In this document: in pieces, positions 49,896 through 64,000 of the stretch | Layout: every line of letters starts with the position of its first letter | Numbering within the stretch: the first letter of the stretch is position 1 | Assembly (NCBI GenBank): GCA_012295275.1 | Contig: CM022671.1 | Span: 36,146,001 to 36,210,000, forward strand | DNA from: Chrysomallon squamiferum | Lineage: Eukaryota; Animalia; Mollusca | DNA: 64,000 bases | Direction of reading: 5' to 3' | The notes under the pieces: model-generated | Database searches by the model: none | Told to the model about the DNA's origin: nothing | What the model saw: only the letters and a program-made list of their open reading frames with translations | Made by a program: the position numbers and the translations under genes

Positions 49896-51149
49896 CTATA
49901 TAACAGTTATCAGAGAATCATCACTCTTCTACTAAACTGATTTATTCAGTGAGAAAACGTAGTTATTGGAATCTCTCAACGTCTTTTTTCATTTACAGAT
50001 TACATTGCTGTGAGACCGTGATCAGCAACTATTTATTTCCAGATTCCATTTCTTTTCTTTACATCATCTTTTGAGTCAAACATAGTACGAATCGATGTCC
50101 ATCATTAATTACTCTCCCAATCCATGGAAAATGTTACTTGGATTTTACACTAATCAAGCTTATAATTAATGAATTCTTTTTCGTCTTTTTTCCCACCCAG
50201 TTTCTAGGTGTAATTTGATCAGACCCCTGCGGATTTATTTTCTTGGATAAAGTAATTTCTGTAACAGCCTTAATTAAAACTATGTAATATTGTTTTTTTA
50301 TATTAGTGAAAAAAAAATGTGATCTCAGTTTTATTTATAAATTTAACTATGGATTCAGCTACTGTAATATTACATTGTTTATAAATTAATGACAAAGGAA
50401 CAGGATTAAGTTATTCTAAAATTATATTACCCAAAAATTTAACCATGTCAGAGTAACCGGATTCAATTATTACAGTATTACTTTGTTTTTTCGGACTGCT
50501 ATACAAATACTGTTTTCATTTTGTCATTTTTAGGATTTTGTGGCTGTCCGAATGGAATATCAGTCTCTTACTGTCTTTTGTCTTTATTTGTTTATCCCTT
50601 TCCGCCTTTGTTTTCTTTCTCTCTCTCTCTCCCTCTCTCTTTTTATTTTATTTTTTTTTTTTTTTTTTTTTTTTTATTTTTTTTTATTATTCGTCTAGAT
50701 TAAAAATGTATACATATAAGGATAAGTTTAAATGAAGTAAAATAGTGATTAAAGATCAACAGTGTAGTTCAGCAAAGAAAATAATTAGTTTTATTTGCAC
50801 AACATCGTATGCATATTAATTATTTTCAGTGCATTCCGCAAAACGTGACACCTGGTCTGGCTTTTCATCTGCAAAGGAAGCTTTTTTTTTTTTCTTTTTT
50901 TTAATGAAACCACTTAGAACTGATAGCAGTGCCCAGATACTCCATTAGAATCACGCCGGATCAACTTCAGTTACAATTATTCTCAGATGTTAATGACACA
51001 GGATAGTATTAAAAAATACTGACAACAGTAACGAAGATGAACTTTAAACCTGATTACTGATAAATGCCAGATTCAACATTTGCAGGTGATAAGATAAACA
51101 CTTTCGACGACAACGTAACGTGAAAGAGATTGTAAATAAAATAGAACTA

Positions 51150-51875
51150 AGTTACACACTGACAAGGATAACGTAACGTACAGTGGTAATATGTAAATGT
51201 TAAACACTTACTGTGACAATACGTAAACTTTAAACACATTGGCGATACGTAAACTTTAAACACTTACGGTGACAATACGTAAGCGTTAAACACTTACAAT
51301 GGCAATACGTAAGCGTTAAACACTTAGTGACAATACGTAAACTTTAAACACTTACAGTGATAATACGTAACCGTTAAATATAGTGACAATACGTAAACGT
51401 TAAACACAGTGACAATATGTAAATGGTAAACAGTGACAATACGTAAACGTTACACAGTAACAGTGACAATACGTAAACATTCAACAGTAACAGTGACAAT
51501 ACGTAAACGGTAAGCACAATGACAATACATAACTTTTAAAGACTTACAGTGGCAATATGTAAGAGTTAAACACTGGCAGGGACAATAAATAAGCGTTAAA
51601 TACTGACAGTGGTAAATAAGCGTTAAATACTGATAATGGTAAATAAGCGTTAAATACTGACAATGGTAAATAAGCACTATACAATGACAGCGTCAATAAA
51701 CAAGCGTTAAACTTTGACAATGAAAATAAAAGCGTTAAACACTGACAGAGACAATAAACAAGCGTTAAACTTTGACAATGAAAATAAATGAGCGTTAAAC
51801 AGGACAGTGACAATACGTAAGCGTTATACACCGATAGTGACAATATGTGCGCGTTAAACAGTTTTACTGACAATA
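51150..51875. repeat. Degenerate ~27-30-bp minisatellite (GTGACAATACGTAAACGTTAAACAC-like) in GPCR intron
   Basis: Visible tandem array; source of spurious ORFs. Confidence 0.85.
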
Positions 51876-52867
51876 AACAGACGCTGTTCTTTTCTTGAAT
51901 AAATATCCATTAATAACCTAATGAAGGACTGGATAAATGATATATATATATATATATATATGAATCTCCTTATAATACATTTTTTTCTTTCTTTTTGTGA
52001 GTATAATTATTAAAACAACAATTTGAATTCATAAATTCATACAAAAATTATTATAAATTGTAATAAAGTTGTCATAGTATTGCATTACTGTATACGTGTG
52101 TATTATGAGAGAAATTAATTATTGCAACATGAAATAGGTGCATATTTATATTAGTACGCTGAAAAAGATACCAGTGGAAAAATACATTGTTCACTATATC
52201 TAACGAGGCATCACGGTACATTATTATTTTATTTCGGATTTCTTCGCCGTCGAATTTTTCTCGTCTGCTCAATCAGAATAATGTGATTTAAAACTGTTAA
52301 TGCATTCTTCAGTATTTTCAGAGATTAAACTGCAGATTTTTTTTTTTTTTTTAATCTTCTGTCGCGATGAGACATTTAATACTTGTCTAATGTCATAAAC
52401 TAAAAACTATCTCTCTTCCACAGGAGCGGGAAAAAGTATTAACTCAGTAATTAACTTCGCCAAATCTTTTTTTAATACCACAGTAACTTGAATTAAGTCA
52501 AATTTTTGACGTATGGGCGGATGTATCTATATAATAATATATGTATCTCTGTATGTGTATGCATGTAATGTATGCCTCCATACATGTATATTTATTTACG
52601 TGTTTGTTTTCATATACATATATGCACATTGTTCGTAAGTCGAGGCTTCATAGTGAACTATTTTTTGCAAAAGATACCCACACTCTCATATAAACTGTCT
52701 AAAATAAAAAAAAAAAAAAAAAAAAAAAAAAATTAACAAAAAAAATAATGATGATGACAGAACAAAAAATTCTAACAGTAGTCTGATAATAACAAAGTGT
52801 CTGTGTATGTTATGTATATGTGTGTGTGTGTATGTATGTATATGTATATATATTGAAGTTTACGTAC

Positions 52868-53307
52868 CACACACAAGAAATACCAACACGAGCTTTCTTC
52901 TTTTTACTGTATTTTCTGTAGTGTTGTCGCCACGACGTGGCCCACAGACGATCTACAGCTATAAGTATTAAAGTAAACACGGAGGCGAAAGTCATGGCGT
53001 AGTTTAAGAAGATCCTAATGCTGCATATGATTTCTCCAAACGGCCAGTAGCCAAGTACGGTTTCTATAGCAGTCAGATTCATACCAACGACGGCCACAGC
53101 TAAGTCGGTGATAGCCAGATTTGCGATATAGTAATTAAAAACTGTGTGAAATCGTCTTATTCGAAATACAACCAACAAAACAACAATGTTGCTTACGATT
53201 GTTATAAGTATGACTGTGTAAAGTCCTACTCCGAGAAGAATTTTACTCCAGTGAATTGGTTTTATTCCAGAAAATCCGGCAGTCGTCGAAATGTTTTCAG
53301 TTTTCAT
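52868..53307 (-). CDS. GPCR TM1-TM4 exon, variant lacking Asp3.32 (would give 467 aa when joined to the exon at 48987)
   Basis: MKTENIS...SNIVV...NYYIANLAITD...YWPFGEIIC...FLNY...AVDRLW...CV-TG|GTACGT; phase-2 donor. Confidence 0.85.
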
Positions 53308-53577
53308 TTTATGTATTTTTTCTTCATTATAATAATAATAAATATTGTTATTGTTATTTTTGTTTTTGTTGTTGTTGTTTTTATTTTTGTTTGTGGGCAT
53401 TTGACTGCCATTACGTCTTCTGTTTTACAATGTTATTAAAGTATTCACTTTACGTCATAGAATTACCATTGATGACGTCACAGACTTGATCGTAATCTGT
53501 TTATGTTATAGTCATGTGACTAAATAACAACCTTAACAAATTAAGAAAACAATGAAATAACAAATAAAAAATTTAAT

Positions 53578-53642
<65 letters not shown>

Positions 53643-54792
53643 GTGTACTTCAAAAATCACGAAGATGTAATTTTCAAAGTTTTCTGTTTAACTGATACTA
53701 AGCATTTTTATATCTCTGCTTATTTAGTGCGTTGATTTAGTGTGAAGAAACTTGTCATTAGATTACTTTTCATATATCATTTTTTTTCTTAACGAGATCA
53801 CATGTTCAAAGCTGAGTATAAGAATATCCAATTGCTTAAATTGAACTAAATCTAGGTTCAGTCAAAACCTCTTTCGTTATCTTCTAAATCATAAATAGAA
53901 AAAGAAAACTAATTAAAAAAATACAGTTAAGTTGGATTTTTTGTTAAATCGATTGGAAACTGAGCGCTGTCTTGTTTTGAGAATAAGTAATAAAAACAAC
54001 AATATGTTGTCTGCTCAGAAATATGTTTTATATTTTTCATGGATGCAAGCTTTCCAACTAATAAAAATGTTAAGATAACAAACGGTATAAAAAAAAAAAA
54101 AAAGATGTTGCTACTTTTCTTCCTTTTGAAAGAGTGTTAAAAAGATGGAAAATTTTAAACAGCAAGAATCAGGAAGAAAATATCTGACTTTTGCTTTCTA
54201 CCCTAGTATAAGATTTACAATATGAATAAAACCTAAAACAATTTTGTATTGATAGGTCTGTTTTTCTTTCTTTCTTCTTTCTTCTTTTCTTTTTATTTAT
54301 TTATTTATTTATTTTGCTTGTTGTTTTTTTTTTGTGTGTTTTTTTCGGTATAATTTCTTACCCAGGCTTGAAAAATCATCAGGCTACCAGAGTGTTACGT
54401 AATGAAATGTGACGTCACACACGTTAAACGCTGAGACACACTCTATGAAAGCAATCGAGTTTTCGCTGCCAGTTTTTATTTTAATAATGCAACAACGGTA
54501 AACATACGGGAGAACCTAAAAGTCAGTAAAAGATTTAAAAAATAAAACATAACAAAAGTAGAACAAAATAATAATAATATGCCTTCTGAGTTAAGAATTC
54601 TAGAGTACCTTTTTGTAATCATTATATTTCACAATTTTTGATCGACGGATTGCCTAAAATTCAATTTCACAGGAATAAATAAGTGCTGTTAATTAATTTT
54701 CAGCTGAAATAACAAATGAAAAGAGAAAAGAAGACTGAAAAAAAAAAATTAGAGGAAAAAGAAAGTAAAGGTTTAGAAGAAAAAAGTAAGTA

Positions 54793-55136
54793 CAGTGGTA
54801 CCTTGACTTACGAGTTTGCCGAGCTCGTATCTCAGTTTGCTAAACCACTTTTTCTTCTTAGCACTGTCTTTTGCACTCAGTTTCTTAGGATCCATGGCCA
54901 GAAATACTGGCAAAATACTGAACGGGGTAACCACGTGAACTAAACGAGTGAGACACAGGATGCTGGGCGGGTGTCATGTTGTTGGATGCGCCAACTAGCT
55001 CGCTTGTAACTCAGATTTTGGTTCGCAACTCAAAGCAAAAAATAGACCCGGCGACTGCTCATATCTCGAAAAACTTATAAGTTGGGGCACTCGAAAAACT
55101 TATAAGTTGGGGCACTCGTAAGTCGACGTACCACTG
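54793..55136. mobile_element. Tc1/mariner superfamily (pogo/Tigger-like) MITE
   Basis: 23-bp TIRs CAGTGGTACCTTGACTTACGAGT / ACTCGTAAGTCGACGTACCACTG (2 mismatches), TA target duplication on both sides, internal 25-bp tandem duplication at 55065-55114. Confidence 0.88.
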
Positions 55137-55979
55137 TATTTAGAAGAAATACAAAGAAAAGCATAATGTCAGAAAGCTGGTGAAGTCTCACTACGATGTT
55201 TCTTTAGTTTTGTGTTAGATCTGTACGAGATTACGCACTGCACGATAAAAACGAATTATTATGTGCATTATTTTCTGACGTAAAAAAAAAAAAAAATGTA
55301 CATTATTGACATACACAAGTAATTAGACAACTTAGAAGTCTTAGATGAAACCTCTGTACAAAATTTTCTTTAAAAAAACATCCTTTAATAATGTCACGCT
55401 GTTCACAATATGTCTAATCACAACAAGATAAATAGAAGTTACTTTATTTTCAAAAAGCAACAACAAAAGGAACATAAAATAACTGATTCTGGTATCCTTA
55501 CATTTGTCTGTGGTCCGAGTTACCAGGCAGTGGGGGAATGGATCGTTGATGTGGCGTAATTCATTACCTGTTTTTTATTTAGATTATATTAGCCTGTTTT
55601 ATACCTAGTATACTTTCAGTTTATCTTTCCTTTCGTTCTCTTCAGCAAACGTTATTAATGTTGTTATTGATTTAATTAGTTGTGTCATTTCCAAACAGTT
55701 AGATAACAAGGTGTTCTCTATACGATTTATTCTGGACGCCTGCCAGTTTATTCAGTTTGTTTATTTCTTCTTATTTTGGTTAATTCATAAATTTGGACTT
55801 CAGAACATATATTTTTTTTAATGTAAATTTTCTTTGTAGAAAGTGATTTATTTTTATTACATAAGGCAAAAATAGTTTAACCTATTGTCATAAAAATATG
55901 GATATAAAAATAAAAAATAAACTCGTAATTGTAATTCTGAAACAAACGAGATGGTTTTGTGAAAGATATTTAATTAGCA

Positions 55980-56372
<393 letters not shown>

Positions 56373-57324
56373 GGGCAAATTTCTGCAATTTATTTATTTG
56401 GTTTAAACCTCTAATATATTATTTTAAAGTGACAAAAATTCACAGATTAATAAATTTGTCGTCATAAGACTGTTTTATCTCTTACCTAATTTACTTTCAA
56501 TAGTCATGAATTTTAGTGTAATTTGACTGCTAATTATCTAAGAATGCTTCTTATTTTTTTTCTCGAGAATTGTGAGGTTATTTTTTTTTTTTTTTTTTTT
56601 TTTTTTTTCTCAAATATCTCTAATGAACGTAGACAGTAATGTAATGCAAAAGCAAAAAAACAGTAAACAAAAGTAAGTTAATCTTAACAAAAATATAAAT
56701 TGCATGTAGTTTAAACCTTGCTCATCGAGGATGGCATTAGTTGATTATTTTATAAATTAATACTACAGATGTCAAAGCAAATAGATGAAGATTATCTTAT
56801 TTAATACTGTAATGTGAGATTAAATCATTTTCTAAGATGCTAAGTGCAAGGAAGAAAAGAATGACCAGTCAGTGAACAGTAATGATTTATTGTACGTAGA
56901 TTTCTACAGAAGCAGTAAGTCTAGCTTTCTTCATTTACCACATGTTAAATGCCACGACATAGACTACAGCAGCCACAAAACGTATTTTACGTACTACAGA
57001 ACAGTACATTAGTAATGATATTATGCATAACACACGGTGGCTAGACCAATAACAGTTTTCTTTAATGTAGATTCAACGACGCACACCACAATCGACTACA
57101 CCATCATCATCAACAACAGTAACAAAAACATCGCGAAAAATAGCAACAGTCATGACACCAGATATATATGTACATGTATTGTAAATACCACATACTAAAT
57201 CTGTATTCTTTTTGTCATGTCTGTATGCATAATCAATGCCATACACCACCACCACAACAACAAACAAACAAAAAACTTCAACAACAGCAGTAGCAGAAAC
57301 AACAACAACTAGTATTTTACATAC

Positions 57325-57770
57325 CACACAGCCGACAGACCAATGACTGCTTTATTCTTATTGTGGTGTTTTCTGTAGTGAATACTCCACGTCACCGACC
57401 ACAGCCTGTCCACTGAGATAACGAGAAGAGTGAACACAGAGGCGAAAGTCATGCCGTAGTCGAAGAAGATCCAGACGCCGCACATGAACTGTCCAAACGG
57501 CCAGTAGCCAAGTACGTTTTCTATGGTATAAAAACTCATAGCAGTGACGGCCACGGCAATGTCCGTGACAGCGAGGTTGACGATGTAGTAGTTAAAAACG
57601 GTGTGTAGACTTTTCTCCCTGGCTACTGCAAGAAGCACCAGACAATTACCAAACACAGTTATGAAGATTATTGTGTAAAGTCCAACACCGAGAACAATGT
57701 TTGTCCATGGAACAGACGTCGCTGCAGTATCCGACAGTGTATTGTTCAACGTGGCCATCGTCGACTCCAT
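57325..57770 (-). CDS. GPCR TM1-TM4 exon with Asp3.32 (would give 469 aa when joined to the exon at 48987)
   Basis: MESTMATLNNT...GNCLV...NYYIVNLAVTD...YWPFGQFMCGVWIFFDY...SVDRLW...AV-TG|GTATGT; phase-2 donor; no TM5-7 exon found before 48987. Confidence 0.88.
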
Positions 57771-58486
57771 CGTTTTCTTCTTATTATTATTTAATTTTTT
57801 ATTTATTTATTTATTTATTTTTATTTTTATTTTTTTTAAATTTATTTTTATTTATTTATTTATTTATTTATTAATTTATTTATTAATTTATAAATTTTGT
57901 TCTGTTTATCACTAAATCAAGGTAAATATTTGGAAAGATTAAGATATTGTATATCGTACTGCTGCTAGAAGCTACCAGATCGACCTGTTTAGAAACAGTC
58001 AGTCAGTCAATAGTGAGTGAAAACGTGCTGATCAGATGAATTGATCTGAAAGACTCCTGTGTCAGCCTCGTTTTACATATTGTTAGTAATACTCTACAAC
58101 TTCTCTGTGACAACTTCTTTCCTATTGGCTAGCGTACAGCGCTTTCGCGTAATTTAACTGGACAGTTTTCCACCTTCAAGTCGTGATATTTAACAGGTTA
58201 GTAATAGCAAGCTCACACCTATAGCCAATGCACTGCCTGTCAAATTATAAAATACGAGGGTCGTCCTTGATGAGGGCACGCCTAGAAAGAAGTGTGGGAA
58301 GCGAGATTCACGCATGGTGTGACTTACAGACTATAAATCCCCACCCCCCGAGATTTATGCAACTTACACAGTCTTACACCTATAAAGACATAATTATGCA
58401 CGATCTTAAAAAATTTAATAACCGCGTCAGCACACCTAGACACGCATACGCATAGATTTATATGCAAACGTAAATATGTTCCAGAT

Positions 58487-58992
58487 CAGGGGTCATCAAC
58501 CATTTTGAACATGAAAGCTACTCCATAGGTACTGAGTCATCCGAAGGGCTATCAGTTTGTTACACTCTTCTGAAATAACAAATTTGTTCAGTTTATTTTT
58601 AGTTATATATATTATTATTAATGATACTCATCTATGTGAAGACACTGATCACGTTAATGGTTTCTCACAATAATTATCACCAATGACTTAACACGGTTGG
58701 ATACAGATAATATCAATATTCAACCTTTAATTGTATTGATCTCAGTAATGGTTTAAATTTCAGATGATCAGTTCTACAACATTTAATAAGAAAAATGTCG
58801 CATTTTCGCTAACCACTGACAACCCCTATTAATAAATCATGAACTATGTTGCACTATCTTTGAAAAAGTTATTAGTTGTATAATGTTGACACATTTTCAC
58901 GTGTTGTGCTGTTTTAGGAACAGGCCTGCGGGCGACTGGTGTGGTTGTTAGGGGCGACCTGCTGCCCGCGGTCACCGTGCTGCTGATCCCTG
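58487..58992. mobile_element. hAT (Charlie-like) non-autonomous element
   Basis: Imperfect TIRs CAGGGGTCATCAAC / GCTGCTGATCCCTG, imperfect 8-bp TSD TTCCAGAT / GTCCAGAC, GC-rich subterminal GGGCGAC repeats. Confidence 0.72.
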
Positions 58993-59106
58993 GTCCAGAC
59001 ACTTCAGAGAGAAGATTTTATTCTGAATTTTCAAATAAACTCTGTTGTGAGATCGACTCATCAGAAAACACGAGCAGACCATCAGTGTCGGTGTCAAACG
59101 TATACA

Positions 59107-59142
<36 letters not shown>

Positions 59143-59564
59143 ACTCACCAGCTTTTACATGTCATCACTGGCCACCACTGTCGCCGTGTAAAATACTATG
59201 AACTGTACATATTTAATTTTAGTATTTAACATTAAAAACGGTGAATGCATCAAATGTTTCGTATTACAGAACATTTCCAGACACCTTTTCTCCCTATTAG
59301 ATCCTCAAATCGAAAGTCTGCTCTGCTTCCGTGTGCGTGTTTCAGATGTAGGTACAAATACATTGAAATTGCAAATAACAATATTTAGTGTAAAAATGAA
59401 GATGACGATGATAACAGTGAAAAAGGAATGCTAGTTAATTAGTATTTTAATTACTGATGATTTCCTAACAATAACATAATTAACTGCAAAACTACCATAA
59501 TCATCATAATCATCATTCTACTTCTTCTTCTTCGTCTTCTTCTGCTCATTATTATTATTATTAT

Positions 59565-59596
<32 letters not shown>

Positions 59597-60203
59597 CTAC
59601 TACTACTACTGCTACTACTACTACTATACATATAATTGTTACAAGGATGCAAGAACCAGCCTGACAATATCTGTAAGGTAAAACTATGTTTTGAAAGTAT
59701 CGGCAGCGTACCCATTGTAACACGAACCACTGTAGACGAACCCGCTGTAGACGAACCACTCTCTCTCTCTGAACATTCAGTTAGTAGTCTAGGTTGGTCA
59801 ATAAAGCGATAACAACACAATCATTTGCAAGTACACGACATTCTTCAGGTCTTCTCCACTGACCCAGATATATTAATTATTTTGATTTTTATTACTCGTC
59901 AACCCTCTCTCGTTCGGTTTACTGGTGTACACGTTCTTAAAAAAGAATTACTGCAAATGTGATCAAGTGCAGCAGTCAGAAAGCTTTGCTTGGCTTTCAT
60001 CAGTGCTTAGCGGTAGCTGCAGGTGTGGTTTCATGTCATGAACATGGACAGGATAAAAATGATATAATGAGTTTAAGTGTCCTGACTATCCATGTTGTTG
60101 TTTTTTTCTTCATCCCCGCGGAACCGTAAACATATAAAGGGTATAAAGTGTTCAGATAGATCATTAAATTTAAACGTTGCCTTTCAAATATATATGTGTT
60201 TTA

Positions 60204-60265
<62 letters not shown>

Positions 60266-60561
60266 CAACAACAATAAAGATGATGATGTTGACCATAATG
60301 GTATACAAATAAACAAATAAATAAAAATAACATTATTAACCTGCCTTTATACTGAAGAATAAAGCGAAAAGTGTCAGTCTTACAAATGAGTGTTTGTCTA
60401 CACACTTTATTATTATCACATATATACAAATTAACTCCATAGTATATACGGTGTATTTGACTTAACTGATTCTTACCGTCATTGAAAAACCATGTAAATG
60501 TCAGATACAGTTAGTTTATTCTTGTGTCATTTCGATATGTTCTAATGAAATATTTTTCTTT

Positions 60562-62792
60562 CTATCTTACCCTACCCAATTGTCTCTTTCTAACTTTTTT
60601 AGTTTCCGGTTTAAGATGAAGAATGCTTCTGAAGGCACGTCGAAATTCGGTGCTGCTGTAGTTGTAGAGAAAGGGATTGATAGTTGAGTTGAGGTACGTT
60701 AACCAGGACGTGATGATGTATACGCTTTTGGGGACTATGTTCGGGTCGTAAACACAGATGTCAAATACGATGTGGAATGGAACCCAGCAGATGATGTAAC
60801 AGCAGATGATGCATGTAAGTAACTGAAACACTTTTCGTTCCCGTCTCTCCGTGATTTCCTCTACGTCCGCTAGCGACAGCGACCGGGATTCCGCTTCCGA
60901 TCCGGCGATTGTCACAGTTTTCACGGACATTGACTCGAACGGACGTCTTTTAAATCCCGGCAGCTCGCTGGTCATGGACTCGATAATCTTTTTTTGTAAA
61001 TTCCGCCTCATTTCTAACTCTTCAGTATCCTCACCTTCCGATGGCTTGTCTAAGCCTTCAGATGGCCTTTCTAAGCTTTCAGATGGCCTTTCTAAGCCTT
61101 CAGATGGCTTTTCTAAGCTTACAGATGGCTTTTCTAAGCTTATAGATGGCTTTTCTAAGCCTTCGGATGGCTTTTCTAAGCTTACAGATGGCTTTTCTAA
61201 GCCTTCAGATGGCTTTACCTCGTTATTCACTACATTGTCATTATTTTTCGTTTGTATCTCATCCTCCTTCGCTGAAACATTTTTAGATTTATCCTCCGAC
61301 TTTAACGACTGCGGATCAATCACATTAGAAGCATCCAGCCTTGTATCAATCACATTAGCGGTATCCAACCTTGTATCATTCGCATTAGCAGGATCTAGCC
61401 TAGTATCATTGTCATTAGTAGTATCCTGCCTAGTATCAACTGCGACACTGTTTTCCGGTATGGCCTCAATCACAGCATCAAACTTTTCTTCGCTTAAAGA
61501 CCCAATTAACGATGTTTCCAAGGAAAATCGGCTCATCAGCCTCCTTGCAAACCTCTTCTGTCTTTTGAACATACCAATGGACGTACTAGAACGCAGGCTG
61601 CCTAAACTTCGACGTCGCTTGTTAATGATCAGTCTTTTCCTCATGAACAGATACACGTGTACGTAACAGAACACAAGAATAACACACGAACCATGATGGC
61701 CTATGATGGCTATGACAATGGCGAATTCTCTGTTTTCGTCCGGTGCCCAAATGCAGATGTTTTCGCTATGTTTATGCAGTCTGTCGACTATGACGGCGGG
61801 TAGCAATAATGTCAGAATTGTAACCCTGAATAACAAGAACAGCGGGGAAATAATGAAATAATGAAGCAATGAAATAATGTTGTAGCTTTTAGTAAAAAGA
61901 ATCCATTAATCGGTGCTAAACGACACACACACACATATATATATATATACATAATAAACGCGTATAAACACATAAAGAATATCTTATCACTTAACATAAA
62001 GGGAAGAAGATTCCCCAAAGTAAGAAGATTCCCCCAAAATCACATGCTAGGGCCTCTTACTAGCCAGTCGTGGGAGTTGGATGGATGGGTTTACTGGTTT
62101 TAAAGGGAAATAACTCGATGGGCGTATTGTGCTAAACTGCACCACCAAAGTGAGAATGAAATGCAGTTTTATACCTATGAGTATTACAGATTTAAAAATT
62201 TTGAATTTGTTACATATATATATATATATATATTTATATTTGTCATTATCTTAAGAGATAAATGTATTTAATACCAAGCCTAAGCTTTAATATTAGATGT
62301 TTGTGAATTAAACCCAACTTTTCTGGTTTGTTTTACGTACCAAACGAAAAATATGGCAATGAAAGCTTTTTTTTTTTTGTGATGAAGTCTGTAGTGCATA
62401 CTCCACGACACAGACCAAAAACGATCCACTGAGATAACGAGAAGAGTGAACACAGAGGCGAAAGTCATGCCGTAGTCGAAGAAGATCCAGACGCCGCACA
62501 TGAACTGTCCAAACGGCCAGTAGCCAAGTACCGTGTTTATCGTGTTAAAACTCATAGCAGTGACGGCCACGGCAACGTCCGTGACAGCGAGGTTGACGAT
62601 GTAGTAGTTAAAAACTGTGTGCAGGCGTTTTTCTCTGGTCACTGCAATTAGCACCATAATGTTGCCTACAAGCGTTACCAATACAACGAAATAAAGTCCT
62701 ACTCCAGCAAGAATGTTTGTCCAGTGTATTGAACTTATATCTATTGTTACAGTTTGGTTATATAGAATTAACTCAGAGCGTATTGGAACCAT
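60562..62792 (-). CDS. Class A GPCR, biogenic amine receptor-like (571 aa; exons 62792-62341, 61825-60562)
   Basis: GN1.50, NLAVTD2.50, C3.25, D3.32 (FFDY), DRF, W4.50 split by a phase-2 intron, CWVPF, NPFLY; 7 hydrophobic segments. Confidence 0.93.
61035..61216 (-). repeat. Coding 21-bp (KPSEGLE) repeat, ~8 copies, in GPCR ICL3
   Basis: Visible in translation; a second 30-bp repeat (DTRLDxxNVI) lies at about 61310-61440. Confidence 0.9.
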
Positions 62793-63770
62793 GGTTGCTA
62801 GCAATTATCTAGATTAACACCGTTTGAATCATTATAAACACTGGATCTAGAACCCGATATATTCATGAGACAGCTTCATGGGACAAAACTGCAGTCGTCT
62901 TTTCTTCTGATAATCATGTCATTAAATGACATTGTGGTATAAACACTGTATTGTGTCGAGTTGCCAAAACTGTGTCAAACTCGAAGAACCTAAATGACGT
63001 TACAATGATCTGGAAATATATTACGTCACAGTCACGTGAGACTGAAAATAAAAATTGACGTAAATGTATACACGCCGGAGTTATTTATGTAACTTACGCG
63101 TTATAAGACATGCATTAAAATAATGATTTAACATAAATTCATTAAATATTCTGAGCGCATATTTGTTAAAATTATATAGTCTGTTAGATAACCTGTATTT
63201 CTTTTTTTTTTTTTTTCTTAATAATAATACCAGGTAATTGTATATACGGGGTAATATATAATAAAGATTAAAATGACTGCGAACATGAACCAGAATGAAA
63301 ACTGCTCATAAAAACAATTAGCGAAATGGCGACTGAAGCAGTTTGTGGTTCGTTATATCTTACCCAAACGTCGCCAAATTTTGATGGTTTTCTGGTTCAT
63401 TTAAAGGCTTTCTGTGAGCTTAATTCCACCGTTTTCATTATTATTGATTAAAGAACTGTTTACACCGAAACAGAACAAATCCAAAAGTCAGCGCAAAGTC
63501 CATCTCGAGTACAAACGGCTGCAGTGAAAAATGACTAAAAGACGTAACCTCCCTGTATATAAAGTTTAGTGAAAGTTGGTAGCTGTTTACAAGAAAATAT
63601 CATTACCGAACTAACTAGTACCTTAAGAGATTTCGAAAAAAAAAAACAGAGATGAGTAAACCCAGTACACTCATTATGCATGCGGCATAAAGTTTGAGAA
63701 CAGGACTACATTCTGTCCATGTAAAAGGCGAAAACTGGAAGAAAAAAATAATTACAACAACAACAACGAC

Positions 63771-63812
<42 letters not shown>

Positions 63813-63959
63813 TTAATTAATTAATTAATTAATTAATTAATTAATTAATTAATACATAAATAAATAAATAATCAGACCTTAAATAGAATAATTCATTTTA
63901 ATAAAAACACAAATACATGCTTTCACATACAAACATTTTCATACTTAAATACATACATG

Positions 63960-63961
<2 letters not shown>

Positions 63962-64000
<39 letters not shown>
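63962..64000. repeat. (GT)n microsatellite at the window end
   Basis: Visible. Confidence 0.95.

Noticed and set aside
53308-53400. Upstream ATG giving an Asn-rich N-terminal extension of the GPCR exon
   Set aside because: Derived from an AAC/AAT microsatellite; the ATG at 53307 matches paralogue length, although the extension is not excluded.

Overview
AT-rich, intron-containing animal genomic DNA. The gene content and microsatellites suggest a mollusc or other spiralian, but that is inference. All gene models were assembled by hand from splice sites and frame continuity. From left to right: (1) a small 2-coding-exon gene on the minus strand (288-877) encoding a 59-aa putatively secreted CCC-containing peptide that the ORF track misses; (2) a complete 15-exon SR-protein kinase (SRPK) gene on the minus strand (7389-26962, 728 aa), with a U12-type intron and a candidate alternative first exon; (3) a compact cluster of three divergent PRD-like Q50 homeobox genes (28.5-45.0 kb; orientations -, +, -) with identical 4-exon architecture; (4) an array of biogenic-amine-like class A GPCR exons on the minus strand (48.0-62.8 kb). 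In that array three TM1-4 exons face only two TM4-7 exons. One TM1-4 exon lacks the amine-binding Asp3.32, and the shared acceptor site has been amplified about 16 times as a 53-bp tandem repeat. There are also two MITEs, a LINE fragment and several minisatellites.
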